Notes: generated by a model not told the origin, from the letters alone. DNA of 64,000 nucleotides from an uncultured Azospirillum sp. (GCA_900542055.1 UQMA01000002.1:5070-69069), one strand, 5' to 3'. Shown: positions 27,572-37,756, numbered from the stretch's first letter. Numbers and translations: made by a program.

Positions 27572-28117
27572 ATGAAAGAACTCAGTTTTTTAATGTTTAT
27601 CATAGTCCTTACAGTTCTTTTCAAGGCTTTAATTGATCGAATTTTCAAACTCAATGCAAACAAAAGAGCATTTTTTTACATTCCCGGCAGCTCTCGTTTT
27701 AATATTGTATGGGGATTAATTTTTTATGCGGGCTACGGTTTTATTATTTCTAAAACTGACTTTTTGCGTTTAAGTTTCGGTATTTTAATCATTCTTATGT
27801 TTTTTTACCTTGTTTATCTGTATGTTATGAAAGGCTTTTTATTTGGACATTACAAAGCTATAAAAAAAATAATGAATAAAATTATAGATTTCAAATTAGA
27901 TGAACAGAAAAAAACAGACAACAAACTTCAGGAAAAAATTTACTCTAAAGAAAAATCTTTGCAAATACTTGGGGTGCCGAGTTGGAGCATTAATCAACCG
28001 GATTTGCTGCAAAAACGTTTACAGGCTCTGCAAAATTTGCAAACATCAAATACTGTTTCAAACAGCTATTTAAACGAAATAATAAAAAAATTATCTTCGA
28101 GTTTGAAAATCAAATAA
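27572..28117 (+). CDS. Hypothetical membrane protein
   Basis: Three hydrophobic segments followed by a K/Q-rich soluble tail. GGAG SD. Confidence 0.5.
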   Translation: MKELSFLMFIIVLTVLFKALIDRIFKLNANKRAFFYIPGSSRFNIVWGLIFYAGYGFIISKTDFLRLSFGILIILMFFYLVYLYVMKGFLFGHYKAIKKIMNKIIDFKLDEQKKTDNKLQEKIYSKEKSLQILGVPSWSINQPDLLQKRLQALQNLQTSNTVSNSYLNEIIKKLSSSLKIK

Positions 28118-28244
28118 AAATTCTGTTTTATCACAAACTTCATAAAAAATAATAGTGAGTAACCCTTAGCTTTTACTTGAGTTTCAAAGCCAAGATGTTA
28201 CATTATACCCATTACGGGAAAATTATATTTTTAAGGAGTTCTGT

Positions 28245-29861
28245 ATGATAGACATTATCAAAACAACCCCGTACGATGACCAGAAAATGGGAACGGCGGG
28301 ACTGCGTAAAAAATCAAAAGTCGTAATGCAGCCGAATTATTTTGAAAATTTCGTGCAAAGCATTTTCAATGTTATAAAACCGGCGCAAAAAACTTATGTT
28401 ATCGGCGGCGACGGACGTTTTTATAACAGTATTGCCATTCAAAAACTAATAAAAATGGCTGCTGCCAACAATGTTAAAAAACTTATAATCGGATTAAACG
28501 GCTATCTGTCAACTCCGGCTTCGTCTAACATGATATTGCAACGCCATACCGACGGCGGATTTGTTTTAACCGCTTCGCATAACCCCGGAGGCGAAAACGG
28601 CGACTTTGGTATAAAATTTGCCACAGAAACCGGCGGACAATGCTCAAGTCAGGTCAGTGATGAAATTTTCAAACAAACGCAAACTATCAGGGAATTTAAA
28701 ACTCTGAAAATCGATGATGTAAAACTTGACCGGTTGGGAACAATAAAAGTCGGTGAAATGGAAGTTGAAATTGTAGATCCTATTAAAGACTATGTTGCTT
28801 TAATGGAAAAAATCTTTGATTTTCCCGCTATCAAAAAACTTTTTGCCAACGGTTTTACAATGCGCTTTGATGCGATGAATGCCGTAACAGGTCCTTATGC
28901 TATTGAAATTTTTGAAAATATTCTCGGAGCCGCCAAAGGTTCCGTGCGTAATTCAACTCCGAAACCTGATTTCGGCGGATTGCATCCTGATCCGAATTTG
29001 GTTTATGCTAAAGAACTGGTGGAAACAATGTTCGGCGACAATGCTCCCGATTTTGGAGCAGCAAATGACGGCGACGGTGACCGCAATATGATTTTGGGTA
29101 AAAAGTTTTTTGTTACCCCTAGCGACAGCTTGGCTATTTTAACCGATAACTACGCTTTAATTCCTGCTTATAAAAATGGAATTTACGGCGTTGCAAAATC
29201 AATGGCCACCTCAACAGCCGTTGCACGTGTTGCAGCAGCGCACAATATCGGCTATTATGAAGCTCCGACCGGATGGAAATATTTTGTGAACCTTATGGAC
29301 AGCAAACGCATTACATTTTGCGGTGAAGAAAGTTTTGGCACAGGTTCAAGCCACATTCGTGAAAAAGACGGAATTTGGGCTGTTCTTTTCTGGCTGAATA
29401 TTATCGCCGCAACAGGAAAATCCGTTGAGCAGATAACAACAGAACACTGGAAAAAATACGGGCGCAGCTATTATTTGCGATTTGACTTTGACGGTATTCC
29501 TACCGACACGGCAAATGAGTTAATGAAAAATCTGGAAAACAAACTCACTGCTCTGAACGGACAAAAACTTGGTTCATTCAAAGTTAAATTGGCAGAAGTG
29601 TTCATTTATCATGATCCGGTTGACAATTCGTCTACAGCCAACGGAATGCGTATTTTGATGGAAGACGGATCCCGCATTGTTTTCAGACTTTCCGGCACAA
29701 GCAGCAGCGGAGCTACTCTGCGTGTTTATCTTGAAAAACTCGAACATGATAAACTCAATGAAAATCCGCGGCAAATGGTAGATGAACTTTTACAAATAGC
29801 TATGTCTGTTGCCGAAATAGAAAAACGCACCGGCAAACAAAAGGCTGATATTATTACATAA
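28245..29861 (+). CDS. pgm: Phosphoglucomutase (alpha-D-glucose phosphate-specific)
   Basis: Active-site TASHNPGG, the metal loop DGDGDRN and CGEESFG. Confidence 0.93.
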   Translation: MIDIIKTTPYDDQKMGTAGLRKKSKVVMQPNYFENFVQSIFNVIKPAQKTYVIGGDGRFYNSIAIQKLIKMAAANNVKKLIIGLNGYLSTPASSNMILQRHTDGGFVLTASHNPGGENGDFGIKFATETGGQCSSQVSDEIFKQTQTIREFKTLKIDDVKLDRLGTIKVGEMEVEIVDPIKDYVALMEKIFDFPAIKKLFANGFTMRFDAMNAVTGPYAIEIFENILGAAKGSVRNSTPKPDFGGLHPDPNLVYAKELVETMFGDNAPDFGAANDGDGDRNMILGKKFFVTPSDSLAILTDNYALIPAYKNGIYGVAKSMATSTAVARVAAAHNIGYYEAPTGWKYFVNLMDSKRITFCGEESFGTGSSHIREKDGIWAVLFWLNIIAATGKSVEQITTEHWKKYGRSYYLRFDFDGIPTDTANELMKNLENKLTALNGQKLGSFKVKLAEVFIYHDPVDNSSTANGMRILMEDGSRIVFRLSGTSSSGATLRVYLEKLEHDKLNENPRQMVDELLQIAMSVAEIEKRTGKQKADIIT

Positions 29862-29886
29862 AACAAAGCTATGCGGCAGGCCATCA

Positions 29887-32535
29887 GTGAAAAACATAAT
29901 CAACAAAATCAAGCTTCCGCGTCCAGATAAGCTTTTGCAGAAAAAGCTTATAGCGTTGGCTTATTCGCTGGTGGCCTTAACTGCGTCGCTAATCGCATTT
30001 ATTGTCTACCCCCAGCACCCGATGTTCTTTTTGATTTTAATAGGAACATTAACATTAATTTGCCTTACATTATCTTTGCAAACGCTGAAAACAGCCGAAG
30101 AAGCTATCAGTTACGGCGGTTTTGCCAATGAAATAATCAGGCAAAGCTCAAATGCAAAAAGAATAGAAACATTCAAAGGAAAGATAATTCTTGAAAATGA
30201 CAGCGCCAAAGAATTATTCGGCAACCAAAACATTTTATATTTTTTGCAAAATCATTTAGCAGATTTTCGCAATAATAATTTTTCTTTTCAGCAACTTAAA
30301 AATGCTTTTCTCAATCTGGCAACCGCAAAAATAACTTTAGCCTTGAATTTGAATGAAAATAAAAGCCGTGAAAATGCTTCGTGGTTTCAAATTTCACTCA
30401 AAACCGTTTCTTTACGCAAAACAGATTTTTTTGAGAGACCTTTTTCCATAAAGAAAATTCAAAAAGATACATACCTTTATTGGAGTTTCCGTGACATAAC
30501 CGCAGAACACAATATTGAACAGGTTTTTCAAAATGAACGCCTGTATATGCACGATTTTCTTGATTATTTACCTGCTGCTTTATATATAACCGATAAAAAT
30601 TATAAAATAGAATATTGCAACCACGTCTTTGCAGATAATTTAGGCAAGAAACGTGAAGATATTATCGGAACCTTTCTAACCTCTTATTTATCTGAAAATT
30701 CAGCGATTCCTCCTTATAACACAGCATGGAGCGGCATCGTCCGTTTTATTGATAACAAAGGAGCAGCTGTGGAAACATGTATAAAACAAGACAGTTTCCG
30801 CGAAGAAAATGAAATTAAAATCCGTGCTGCCGCCATCAGTGATTTTCCAAATGACCACTTGCTGCACAGCCAATTGAGCCGCGCAGTCGATGAAATCAGC
30901 TGGCTATTCGATTTTGCGCCGGTCGGCATTATTTTAGCTGATAAAAACGGAACTATTCAAGAATGTAATCATCAAGCAGCCGATTTTATCGACGGGACAA
31001 CAGAACAGCTTGTTCATCGAAATATGTTGGATTTGGTGAAAAAAGCCAACCGCCACACGTTAGAAAGAGAATTCGGACATATCGCAACCAAACAAAAAAA
31101 ATGTTCTTCATTGGAAATTTCATTAGAAAATCCGGATAAAACAGCCATTTTCTATATTTCACCGATGAAAAGGCTCTATGCCGACAAACAGGCTGAAGTT
31201 GAAGGATTGGTTATTTATATTATTGATGCCACAGAGCAGAAAAACCTCGAAATCCAATTTGCACAAGCTCAAAAAATGCAAGCGATGGGACAATTAGCAG
31301 GCGGTGTAGCTCACGACTTTAACAACCTTTTGACCGCTATTATCGGTTTTTGCGACTTACTCTTGCAAAGACACGGGGTCGGCGACCCGTCGTTTGCCGA
31401 TTTAATTCAAGTAAAAAACAATGCCAACCGCGCTGCGGGATTGGTCAAACAATTACTGGCGTTTTCCCGCAAACAACCTTTGCAGCCAAAATTTATAGAT
31501 GTAACCGAAAACTTTGCCGAATTAAGCCAAATGTTGAAAAGAGTTTTAGGCGAAAGTATAGAACTTCAGTTTCATCACGGCAGTAATTTGGGCTTTGTTA
31601 AAGTCGATCCCGTGCAATTTTCACAAGTAATCATCAATTTGGCCGTTAACGCCAAAGACGCTATGAACGGCAGAGGAAAATTGACCATCACTACTCGCAC
31701 CGAACAACTTAAAACGCCGCAGCAATTCGGTGAAGAAACTATAAAACCAGGAGATTTTGTGGTTATTGATGTTAAAGATACCGGCTGCGGAATTGCCAAA
31801 GAAAATCTAACCCGCATTTTTGAACCGTTTTTTTCAACCAAGCAAAATGTGGTCGGTTCGGGAACAGGTTTGGGATTAGCTATGGTTTATGGTATTGTAC
31901 GTCAAACAGAAGGTTTTATAAAAGTTGACAGCGTCATCAATCAAGGAACTACTTTTTCAATCCACTTGCCGCGCTTCGCCGGAAATCCTGATTTGGACAA
32001 GAGCGATACCGATGACAAACCAAAAAATATAACAACCGCCGAAGGCTCGCCGATTATAAATATTAAAGAACAAAAAGGAACACCTTCTATGCCGATGAAT
32101 CAAAAATTTATTTTCGGCTTAAATGTATCGGCTATTGATAAAAATATTGATTCGCAAAACACTCACAGCGGTATTAAAATTTTGTTTGTTGAAGATGAAG
32201 ATTCTGTTCGCAGTTTTGCTGTACGTGCTCTAAAGAAAAAAGGTTACGAAGTTATTGGTTGCAATTCGGCTGAAAATGCTTTAGAACAGCTGAAAAACAA
32301 TCAAGATTTCAACCTATTGGTAACAGATATGGTAATGCCGGGGATGAACGGTGTCGAACTGGCCGGCATTGTCAGAGAAAAAATCAAAGGAATAAAAATT
32401 ATTCTTGCTTCAGGATACTCCGAAGAAATCGCACGTAATGAATTAGCTGTTTCAGGAAATTTTGAATTTTTAGCCAAACCTTTTAGTTTGGGAGATTTAA
32501 CCAAAAAAATTTTTGATGTGTTAAATAAAGGATAA
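29887..32535 (+). CDS. cckA: Hybrid sensor histidine kinase with PAS domains and a C-terminal receiver; CckA-like
   Basis: Two N-terminal TM segments, PAS-like regions, MGQLAGGVAHDFNNLLTAI (H-box), N/G boxes and receiver ILFVEDEDSVR...LLVTDMVMPGMNG. GTG start. hdaA lies immediately downstream. Confidence 0.75.
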   Translation: MKNIINKIKLPRPDKLLQKKLIALAYSLVALTASLIAFIVYPQHPMFFLILIGTLTLICLTLSLQTLKTAEEAISYGGFANEIIRQSSNAKRIETFKGKIILENDSAKELFGNQNILYFLQNHLADFRNNNFSFQQLKNAFLNLATAKITLALNLNENKSRENASWFQISLKTVSLRKTDFFERPFSIKKIQKDTYLYWSFRDITAEHNIEQVFQNERLYMHDFLDYLPAALYITDKNYKIEYCNHVFADNLGKKREDIIGTFLTSYLSENSAIPPYNTAWSGIVRFIDNKGAAVETCIKQDSFREENEIKIRAAAISDFPNDHLLHSQLSRAVDEISWLFDFAPVGIILADKNGTIQECNHQAADFIDGTTEQLVHRNMLDLVKKANRHTLEREFGHIATKQKKCSSLEISLENPDKTAIFYISPMKRLYADKQAEVEGLVIYIIDATEQKNLEIQFAQAQKMQAMGQLAGGVAHDFNNLLTAIIGFCDLLLQRHGVGDPSFADLIQVKNNANRAAGLVKQLLAFSRKQPLQPKFIDVTENFAELSQMLKRVLGESIELQFHHGSNLGFVKVDPVQFSQVIINLAVNAKDAMNGRGKLTITTRTEQLKTPQQFGEETIKPGDFVVIDVKDTGCGIAKENLTRIFEPFFSTKQNVVGSGTGLGLAMVYGIVRQTEGFIKVDSVINQGTTFSIHLPRFAGNPDLDKSDTDDKPKNITTAEGSPIINIKEQKGTPSMPMNQKFIFGLNVSAIDKNIDSQNTHSGIKILFVEDEDSVRSFAVRALKKKGYEVIGCNSAENALEQLKNNQDFNLLVTDMVMPGMNGVELAGIVREKIKGIKIILASGYSEEIARNELAVSGNFEFLAKPFSLGDLTKKIFDVLNKG

Positions 32536-32536
32536 T

Positions 32537-33265
32537 ATGAAAAAAAAACTTGGAATTCATCAATTGCCTTTTGAATTTGCCCATCGTCCCTATATGAGCA
32601 AAGATGACTTTATTAAAGCTCCATGCAATGCTGAAGCTTTGGATATGATTGAAATGTGGCCGCAATGGCCGGCTTTTGCTTTGTGCATCTATGGTCCGGA
32701 ACGCTGCGGAAAAACACATTTGGCTCATATTTTTTCTGAAACGGTAGCCATAAAAACAAACCGCCCTTATCCTCTTCCCCGTCTGGACGCAAAAGATGTG
32801 GATTTTGATTTGCCTCCTCAGCTTTTTGCACGCAGCAATTGTCTGATTATCGAACATCTAAACGAACAAATCAACGAAGAAGCATTGTTTCATTTGTTTA
32901 ATCTTTACCGCAATCAAGGCGGTTTTATTCTGTTTACAGCTTTACAACCGCCGGCGAGAATGAATTTCAGACTTCCCGATTTGCAGTCGCGCCTTAATAT
33001 GCTTCCGGCCATTGGAATTTCAGAACCCGATGACGAACTGCTTTCAGCTTTGATTATCAAACTTTTTATGGACAGACAAATTACTGTATCGTTGGACGTG
33101 GTTAATTATATTTTAGTTAACATGCAACGCTCTTTTACCTACGTTCACCGCTTGGTTAAAGAGATAGACGACATTTCTTTGTCATATAAACGCGCAGTAT
33201 CCATTCCGATTGTAAAAGAAGCAATGGCTGCCATCGGACAAAACAGACAAGGTGAATTGTTTTAA
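32537..33265 (+). CDS. hdaA: DnaA-related regulatory inactivator HdaA/Hda
   Basis: QLPFEF near the N-terminus, Walker-like IYGPERCGKTHLAHIF, and a DnaA domain III-like core without a DNA-binding domain. Confidence 0.75.
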   Translation: MKKKLGIHQLPFEFAHRPYMSKDDFIKAPCNAEALDMIEMWPQWPAFALCIYGPERCGKTHLAHIFSETVAIKTNRPYPLPRLDAKDVDFDLPPQLFARSNCLIIEHLNEQINEEALFHLFNLYRNQGGFILFTALQPPARMNFRLPDLQSRLNMLPAIGISEPDDELLSALIIKLFMDRQITVSLDVVNYILVNMQRSFTYVHRLVKEIDDISLSYKRAVSIPIVKEAMAAIGQNRQGELF

Positions 33266-33768
33266 ACGCGGCAAACTTCCTCCGCACAATGAATTGACAA
33301 TTTTTCTTCGCCCTTTTGCGGAGAATTTTCTTTTATGTGTTCGGCTATTTCTTTTTTGAAACTTTCAACTGAACCATAGCCGCGTTCAACGTACGAATTC
33401 ATCGTAATATATATAATTTCATCTAAAGTCGGGCGGTTATTTACCAAAAGATTAAGTTTGCGGACAACTTTATCTTTGTATTTGTAGTTATCTTCTCCAA
33501 AATTATTCAATCCAACCAAACGGTTGCGTATTTCATTAACCGCTTTTGCATTATATTCAATCCGAATGCGCGCCAGCTTGCTTTGATAGGCCGCGACGGA
33601 ATTAAAATCGGACACTTTATTGATTTGAACTAAAAGATTGTATTGCGGATAATGAACCGCAACAATATTTTCAAGGGCGGCAAACATAAGCCCTCTGCTT
33701 TCGGCTTTTTGCAAATCAAGAAGAAAAGTCTCACCAAAAGTCTTTTGTGTTCCATTTTGCGACATCAT
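33262..33768 (-). CDS. Hypothetical protein
   Basis: 168-aa ORF from ATG 33768, with GGGGAGAAG upstream. No recognisable motif. Confidence 0.45.
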   Translation of the reverse strand: MMSQNGTQKTFGETFLLDLQKAESRGLMFAALENIVAVHYPQYNLLVQINKVSDFNSVAAYQSKLARIRIEYNAKAVNEIRNRLVGLNNFGEDNYKYKDKVVRKLNLLVNNRPTLDEIIYITMNSYVERGYGSVESFKKEIAEHIKENSPQKGEEKLSIHCAEEVCRV

Positions 33769-33919
33769 TCTTCTTCTCCCCAATAATTATCTTTTATCAA
33801 TATAAATATAACATATAGTCGACTGTTTCTCAAGTGATAATTTGTTTAATAAAATTAAATAAACATTTGCTTATCTGATAAATTTTACCTATACTTGTGG
33901 CTTATTGAAAGAAGAAAAT

Positions 33920-34603
33920 ATGACGAATTTATGCCTATCATCTGAAACTTATAATATTGATATCAAAGACGTTGCAGTTCTGAAAGACAGCCCTTTAAGC
34001 AAAAAATATGAAAACCGCAAAAAAATCGTAATTTTGATGGGAGATCTTGAGCATGGTTTGCCGGACACATTGCTCTGCGGTCGAAAAACATTAAACAAAG
34101 CTTTGAAAAACAACAAAAAATATGTTTCAGCTAAAATAGCTTTTATCACCAAAATAAAATTTTATGATTTTATTACTCCTTTTATAAAAAAACTACGCGG
34201 AAAATATAAAATTTGGTCATCAAATATTTATCATATGGATCCTTTGGAAATCAGACGTTTGAAAATAGAACGCAGTTTTCGTGATAAAAACAGCGCCTAC
34301 ACTTTTACAAATCCTTTATACCGCTATTCTGAAAGCGAGCGCTTGAAACGCTATGAAAATCTTTATAACAGCATGAAAAAAGGATTTGACGACAATTACC
34401 CCGTCGACATTATGTTGTTGAGAATGATGGGAATTAAAGATACCGTCAACAACGGCCATCACCGGATTGGAATTGCCGTTGAATGCAAATTGCCGCAAAT
34501 ATCCGTACGTTTTTCAGCAGCCGGACAGGCTCCGCGCCTGTTGCATCCGCTGTTACGCGTAATTGCTAACATCGCTATCAGAATAAAACAAATAAAAAAG
34601 TAA
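33920..34603 (+). CDS. Hypothetical protein with a ParB/sulfiredoxin-like C-terminal motif
   Basis: PVDIMLL...VNNGHHRIGIAVECKLPQISVRF resembles the ParB-N/Srx DGHHR core. The N-terminal two thirds are unassigned. Confidence 0.45.
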   Translation: MTNLCLSSETYNIDIKDVAVLKDSPLSKKYENRKKIVILMGDLEHGLPDTLLCGRKTLNKALKNNKKYVSAKIAFITKIKFYDFITPFIKKLRGKYKIWSSNIYHMDPLEIRRLKIERSFRDKNSAYTFTNPLYRYSESERLKRYENLYNSMKKGFDDNYPVDIMLLRMMGIKDTVNNGHHRIGIAVECKLPQISVRFSAAGQAPRLLHPLLRVIANIAIRIKQIKK

Positions 34604-34604
34604 A

Positions 34605-35681
34605 TCAGACAATTAATTTTTGCAAGATACTATCGCTTTCTATCAGCTTGACAGCTTTTTCGCAACTGTCTTTTTCCGATAAAATCGTATAGTAATTGTT
34701 TTTGATTGAAGGAGCTAAAGCCAAAGCTTGGATAAATTCCTTCTTATTTAGCGGATTTTGAGCGACAAAATCAAAAAATCCGGCTTTGTCAAAAACTTCT
34801 TTCAAGGCCTGTTTTTCGGGATTTTCCTGCAGCATAGCGCATAAATAGCTGGCAACGCCGACCTGAAGTCCGTGCATGTGCGGACGCGCTGAAATTCGGT
34901 CAAGAGCATGAGATATTAAGTGTTCAGAACCGCTGGCCGGCCGTGAGGTTCCGGCAATTTCCATTGCAATACCGCTATACAAAAGCGAATTAACCAAGCT
35001 GCGCTGAAACTGCTGGGTTTTGATATCGCTGCTATGACGCAAATAGAGCAAATCCAACGAATTATATGACAACATGGAAGCAAAATCATTGTAGCGTTCA
35101 TAGCCTTTCAAAAAAGCTTGTTTCCAATCCCAAAGAGCACTGACTTTTGAAAACATATCGCCAACGCCGGAATATAAACAAATTTCCGGACTTCCGCTTA
35201 TAACATCCAAATCGACCACTACTCCATAAGGAATTGCAGACTTTACGCTTTTGCGTTCACCACCGACTGTTAATGATGATGAAGGCGAACAAAAACCATC
35301 GTTGGAAGTGGAACTTGGAACACTGATATACGGCAAGCGCAGCAAATAAGCCGCATATTTTGCAAAATCGAGAGCTTTTCCGCCTCCTAAACCTATAATA
35401 GCCTTAATATTAGGAGATAACGAAAATGCGGTTTTAGTTATATCTTCTATGGCAATAGTGGACACTGTTTGCTCATGAGCTATTTTTATTTTATGTTCAG
35501 ATAACCCAGCATAAAAACGCTCACCGAGAAGAGTTTGCATGCCCTCTCCCCAAAAAACTGCTATTTCAGACATTTCCTTGTCAAAAAGATATTTCCCTAT
35601 TTTGGCAATTTTTCCATTACCGATTTTCAGCAAATAAGGAATATTGATTTGTCGATTTGTTAATATAAAAGGGTATTTCAT
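34605..35681 (-). CDS. sn-glycerol-1-phosphate dehydrogenase family protein (AraM/EgsA-like)
   Basis: GGGKALDFAKYAAYLLRLPYISVPSSTSNDGF, GVGDMFSKVSALWDW and SRPASGSEHLISHALD parallel the B. subtilis AraM/archaeal G1PDH blocks. Confidence 0.78.
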   Translation of the reverse strand: MKYPFILTNRQINIPYLLKIGNGKIAKIGKYLFDKEMSEIAVFWGEGMQTLLGERFYAGLSEHKIKIAHEQTVSTIAIEDITKTAFSLSPNIKAIIGLGGGKALDFAKYAAYLLRLPYISVPSSTSNDGFCSPSSSLTVGGERKSVKSAIPYGVVVDLDVISGSPEICLYSGVGDMFSKVSALWDWKQAFLKGYERYNDFASMLSYNSLDLLYLRHSSDIKTQQFQRSLVNSLLYSGIAMEIAGTSRPASGSEHLISHALDRISARPHMHGLQVGVASYLCAMLQENPEKQALKEVFDKAGFFDFVAQNPLNKKEFIQALALAPSIKNNYYTILSEKDSCEKAVKLIESDSILQKLIV

Positions 35682-36328
35682 CTGATTTTCTCCTGTATGA
35701 ATTTTTGCACAGTCAAAAAGTTATCCAGTTCAGACACTTTAACTTTTTGTTGTTGGCATATACGCAAAAGCTCTTTACGGGCAAAAACTTTATCCGCCTG
35801 TTTTGCAGCCTCGATATCAGGTAATCCATCGCCGCAATAAATCACAAAATAGCCCTGTTGCTGCAGCTTTTGAACAATTTTGATTTTAGACACGCCGACT
35901 TGCTCATCATAATATTGTTGATTGGGGCTTATAACCAATCCTGTTTTTGGGGAATAAGCGCCGGAATTGCTGATAATTGTTATATTTAAACGCTCTATTG
36001 CGTTTTTGAGACAACGGCGGATGTAATAATCACTTCCTGCGCTGCAGATATATACGGGAATATTTTGTATTGAACAAAATTCCGCCAATTTGATAAATTT
36101 TGTGTCAAGTTTGATACTATCAATAAGTTTATTCAAATCAGAAACTGAAACTCTAACCTTTGCAAACATTTCTGCCAAAGCATCAAAATGTTTTTTATTG
36201 CCGGAAAGATATTCGCGCCAAGGCCTCAAAGCCTTTTCATCAAAATAGGCGCGCGCAATATAATTAAAAAAATCGTCATCGCTGATTGTTCCGTCAAAAT
36301 CAGAAACCAATGCCAAAGGCTGTTTCAT
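35678..36328 (-). CDS. HAD-IB-type phosphatase (MtnX/PSPase-like)
   Basis: LVSDFDGTIS (DxDGT motif I), ICSAG and CGDGLPD. Its stop overlaps the start of the G1PDH gene (ATGA). Confidence 0.7.
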   Translation of the reverse strand: MKQPLALVSDFDGTISDDDFFNYIARAYFDEKALRPWREYLSGNKKHFDALAEMFAKVRVSVSDLNKLIDSIKLDTKFIKLAEFCSIQNIPVYICSAGSDYYIRRCLKNAIERLNITIISNSGAYSPKTGLVISPNQQYYDEQVGVSKIKIVQKLQQQGYFVIYCGDGLPDIEAAKQADKVFARKELLRICQQQKVKVSELDNFLTVQKFIQEKIR

Positions 36329-36397
36329 TTTTTCCTCCTTTATTTGCTATATAATGCTTAGGACTGAAAAATTAAGAGCCGTTACGAAACTAAGCCG

Positions 36398-36859
36398 TTA
36401 TTTTGTTGCCTTAGTAACAAGCCACACCAAACCGGCAACCAGACCTGAAGTTGCGCCGACAATAAACCAATCATGATTTTCACGGGGAATGAATGATCTT
36501 GGATAACGAGAATATTCAATCGCATGAGGCGAAGCCATAAAATTATTGTATCTGGAAGCCGATATCAAAGAAATACACCCGGGTTTGCTGAACGCTCCTG
36601 CTTTGATAAAAGTATTATAAGCCATATAATCATTTCTTTTTATGGCTGCACAAACTCCCGTATCACCATCGCTGTTTTTAGCATTCAAATCCAAACCGCG
36701 GCTGGATGCGGCCATTAATGCCCCCAAATCACCTGAAGCCGCCACTCTGTACATTTGTTCAAAGTCTGCCGGAGGAAGCCTGCGCGCTAATACTTCCGCC
36801 GGAAGCATAAGCAGGCAATATGAAAGGAACATCGTCCAAACTACAAAACGTTTCATCAT
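36398..36859 (-). CDS. Signal-peptide protein with an ankyrin-like repeat and a C-terminal TM anchor
   Basis: LDLNAKNSDGDTGVCAAIKRNDYMAYNTFIKAGA fits an ANK repeat. The N- and C-termini are hydrophobic. Confidence 0.45.
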   Translation of the reverse strand: MMKRFVVWTMFLSYCLLMLPAEVLARRLPPADFEQMYRVAASGDLGALMAASSRGLDLNAKNSDGDTGVCAAIKRNDYMAYNTFIKAGAFSKPGCISLISASRYNNFMASPHAIEYSRYPRSFIPRENHDWFIVGATSGLVAGLVWLVTKATK

Positions 36860-36934
36860 AAAATTCTCCGTCTTAAAACTACTTTGCTAGTTTAACAGCC
36901 AATTATCAGCTTAACAAGTTAAAAATAAAGATTT

Positions 36935-37756
36935 TTATCCGAATTTTTCAGCAAGAGACTTTTCAACGGCATATTGCAGGCAAGCATCAAGCTCTCGGTC
37001 ATTATGATAACGCTCCAACAGTTTAAACATTTTAGGCAGCAAATTCAATCGGCGGCAAAAAACAACCGACGCTCGATAATTTAAGTCAAAAAACCAACTT
37101 ATAAAGGCAAGAAAATAATCAGCACGGGTTCGGCGCAAAGAATAATCAACCGTTTTTTGTTTCAGAAAATCATCTACGACAGCGGGAGTAAGAATATTTT
37201 CCTTCGACAAAACTTCATCAGCCGAAGGAATAAAAAGCGGCAGATATTTTTCGGTTTCGGTGCAGACTATATTAAAATTTGCAATTTTATCAGCATCGCG
37301 AATCAGACAATAAATCGCATTACAATCATCAGACAAAGTTTTATCGCCAATATTTTTATATTCATCATCTTTGTAAAAAGCCTCTTTAACATGCCCATGA
37401 TGTTTTATCGGCAAAGCAACTAAAATATGGCTGTACGTGGAAATTGCTGAAAGCTTTTCATATCCAGCTACGCCGTGATCAATTTTTTCACCTCGTAAAA
37501 AACGAGCTGTTATCTCATCAAAACGGGCAATATCATGCAACAAAACCGCTGTTTTGGCCGTTTCTATAAATTCAGGCGCCCGCTGCCTGAAAAAATCTTC
37601 ATGTTTTATAATATAATTTCCAGCTCCAGACACTTGTAGCGAGTGATGAAGCTTTTCTTCGGCATACGCCGTGTAATAAGCGCTGTCTTTCACGGCAGAT
37701 AAAGATTTTTTATATTCTTGTTCCAATAGTTTGCGAGCATCTTCAAGCATAGTCAT
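36935..37756 (-). CDS. HD-domain phosphohydrolase
   Basis: Contains H...HD (LHHSLQV ... LLHDIARFD) and later DADK motifs. Confidence 0.65.
   Translation of the reverse strand: MTMLEDARKLLEQEYKKSLSAVKDSAYYTAYAEEKLHHSLQVSGAGNYIIKHEDFFRQRAPEFIETAKTAVLLHDIARFDEITARFLRGEKIDHGVAGYEKLSAISTYSHILVALPIKHHGHVKEAFYKDDEYKNIGDKTLSDDCNAIYCLIRDADKIANFNIVCTETEKYLPLFIPSADEVLSKENILTPAVVDDFLKQKTVDYSLRRTRADYFLAFISWFFDLNYRASVVFCRRLNLLPKMFKLLERYHNDRELDACLQYAVEKSLAEKFG

Noticed and set aside
32483-32857. A 124-aa minus-strand ORF
   Set aside because: It is antisense to the cckA end and the hdaA start, with no supporting signals.
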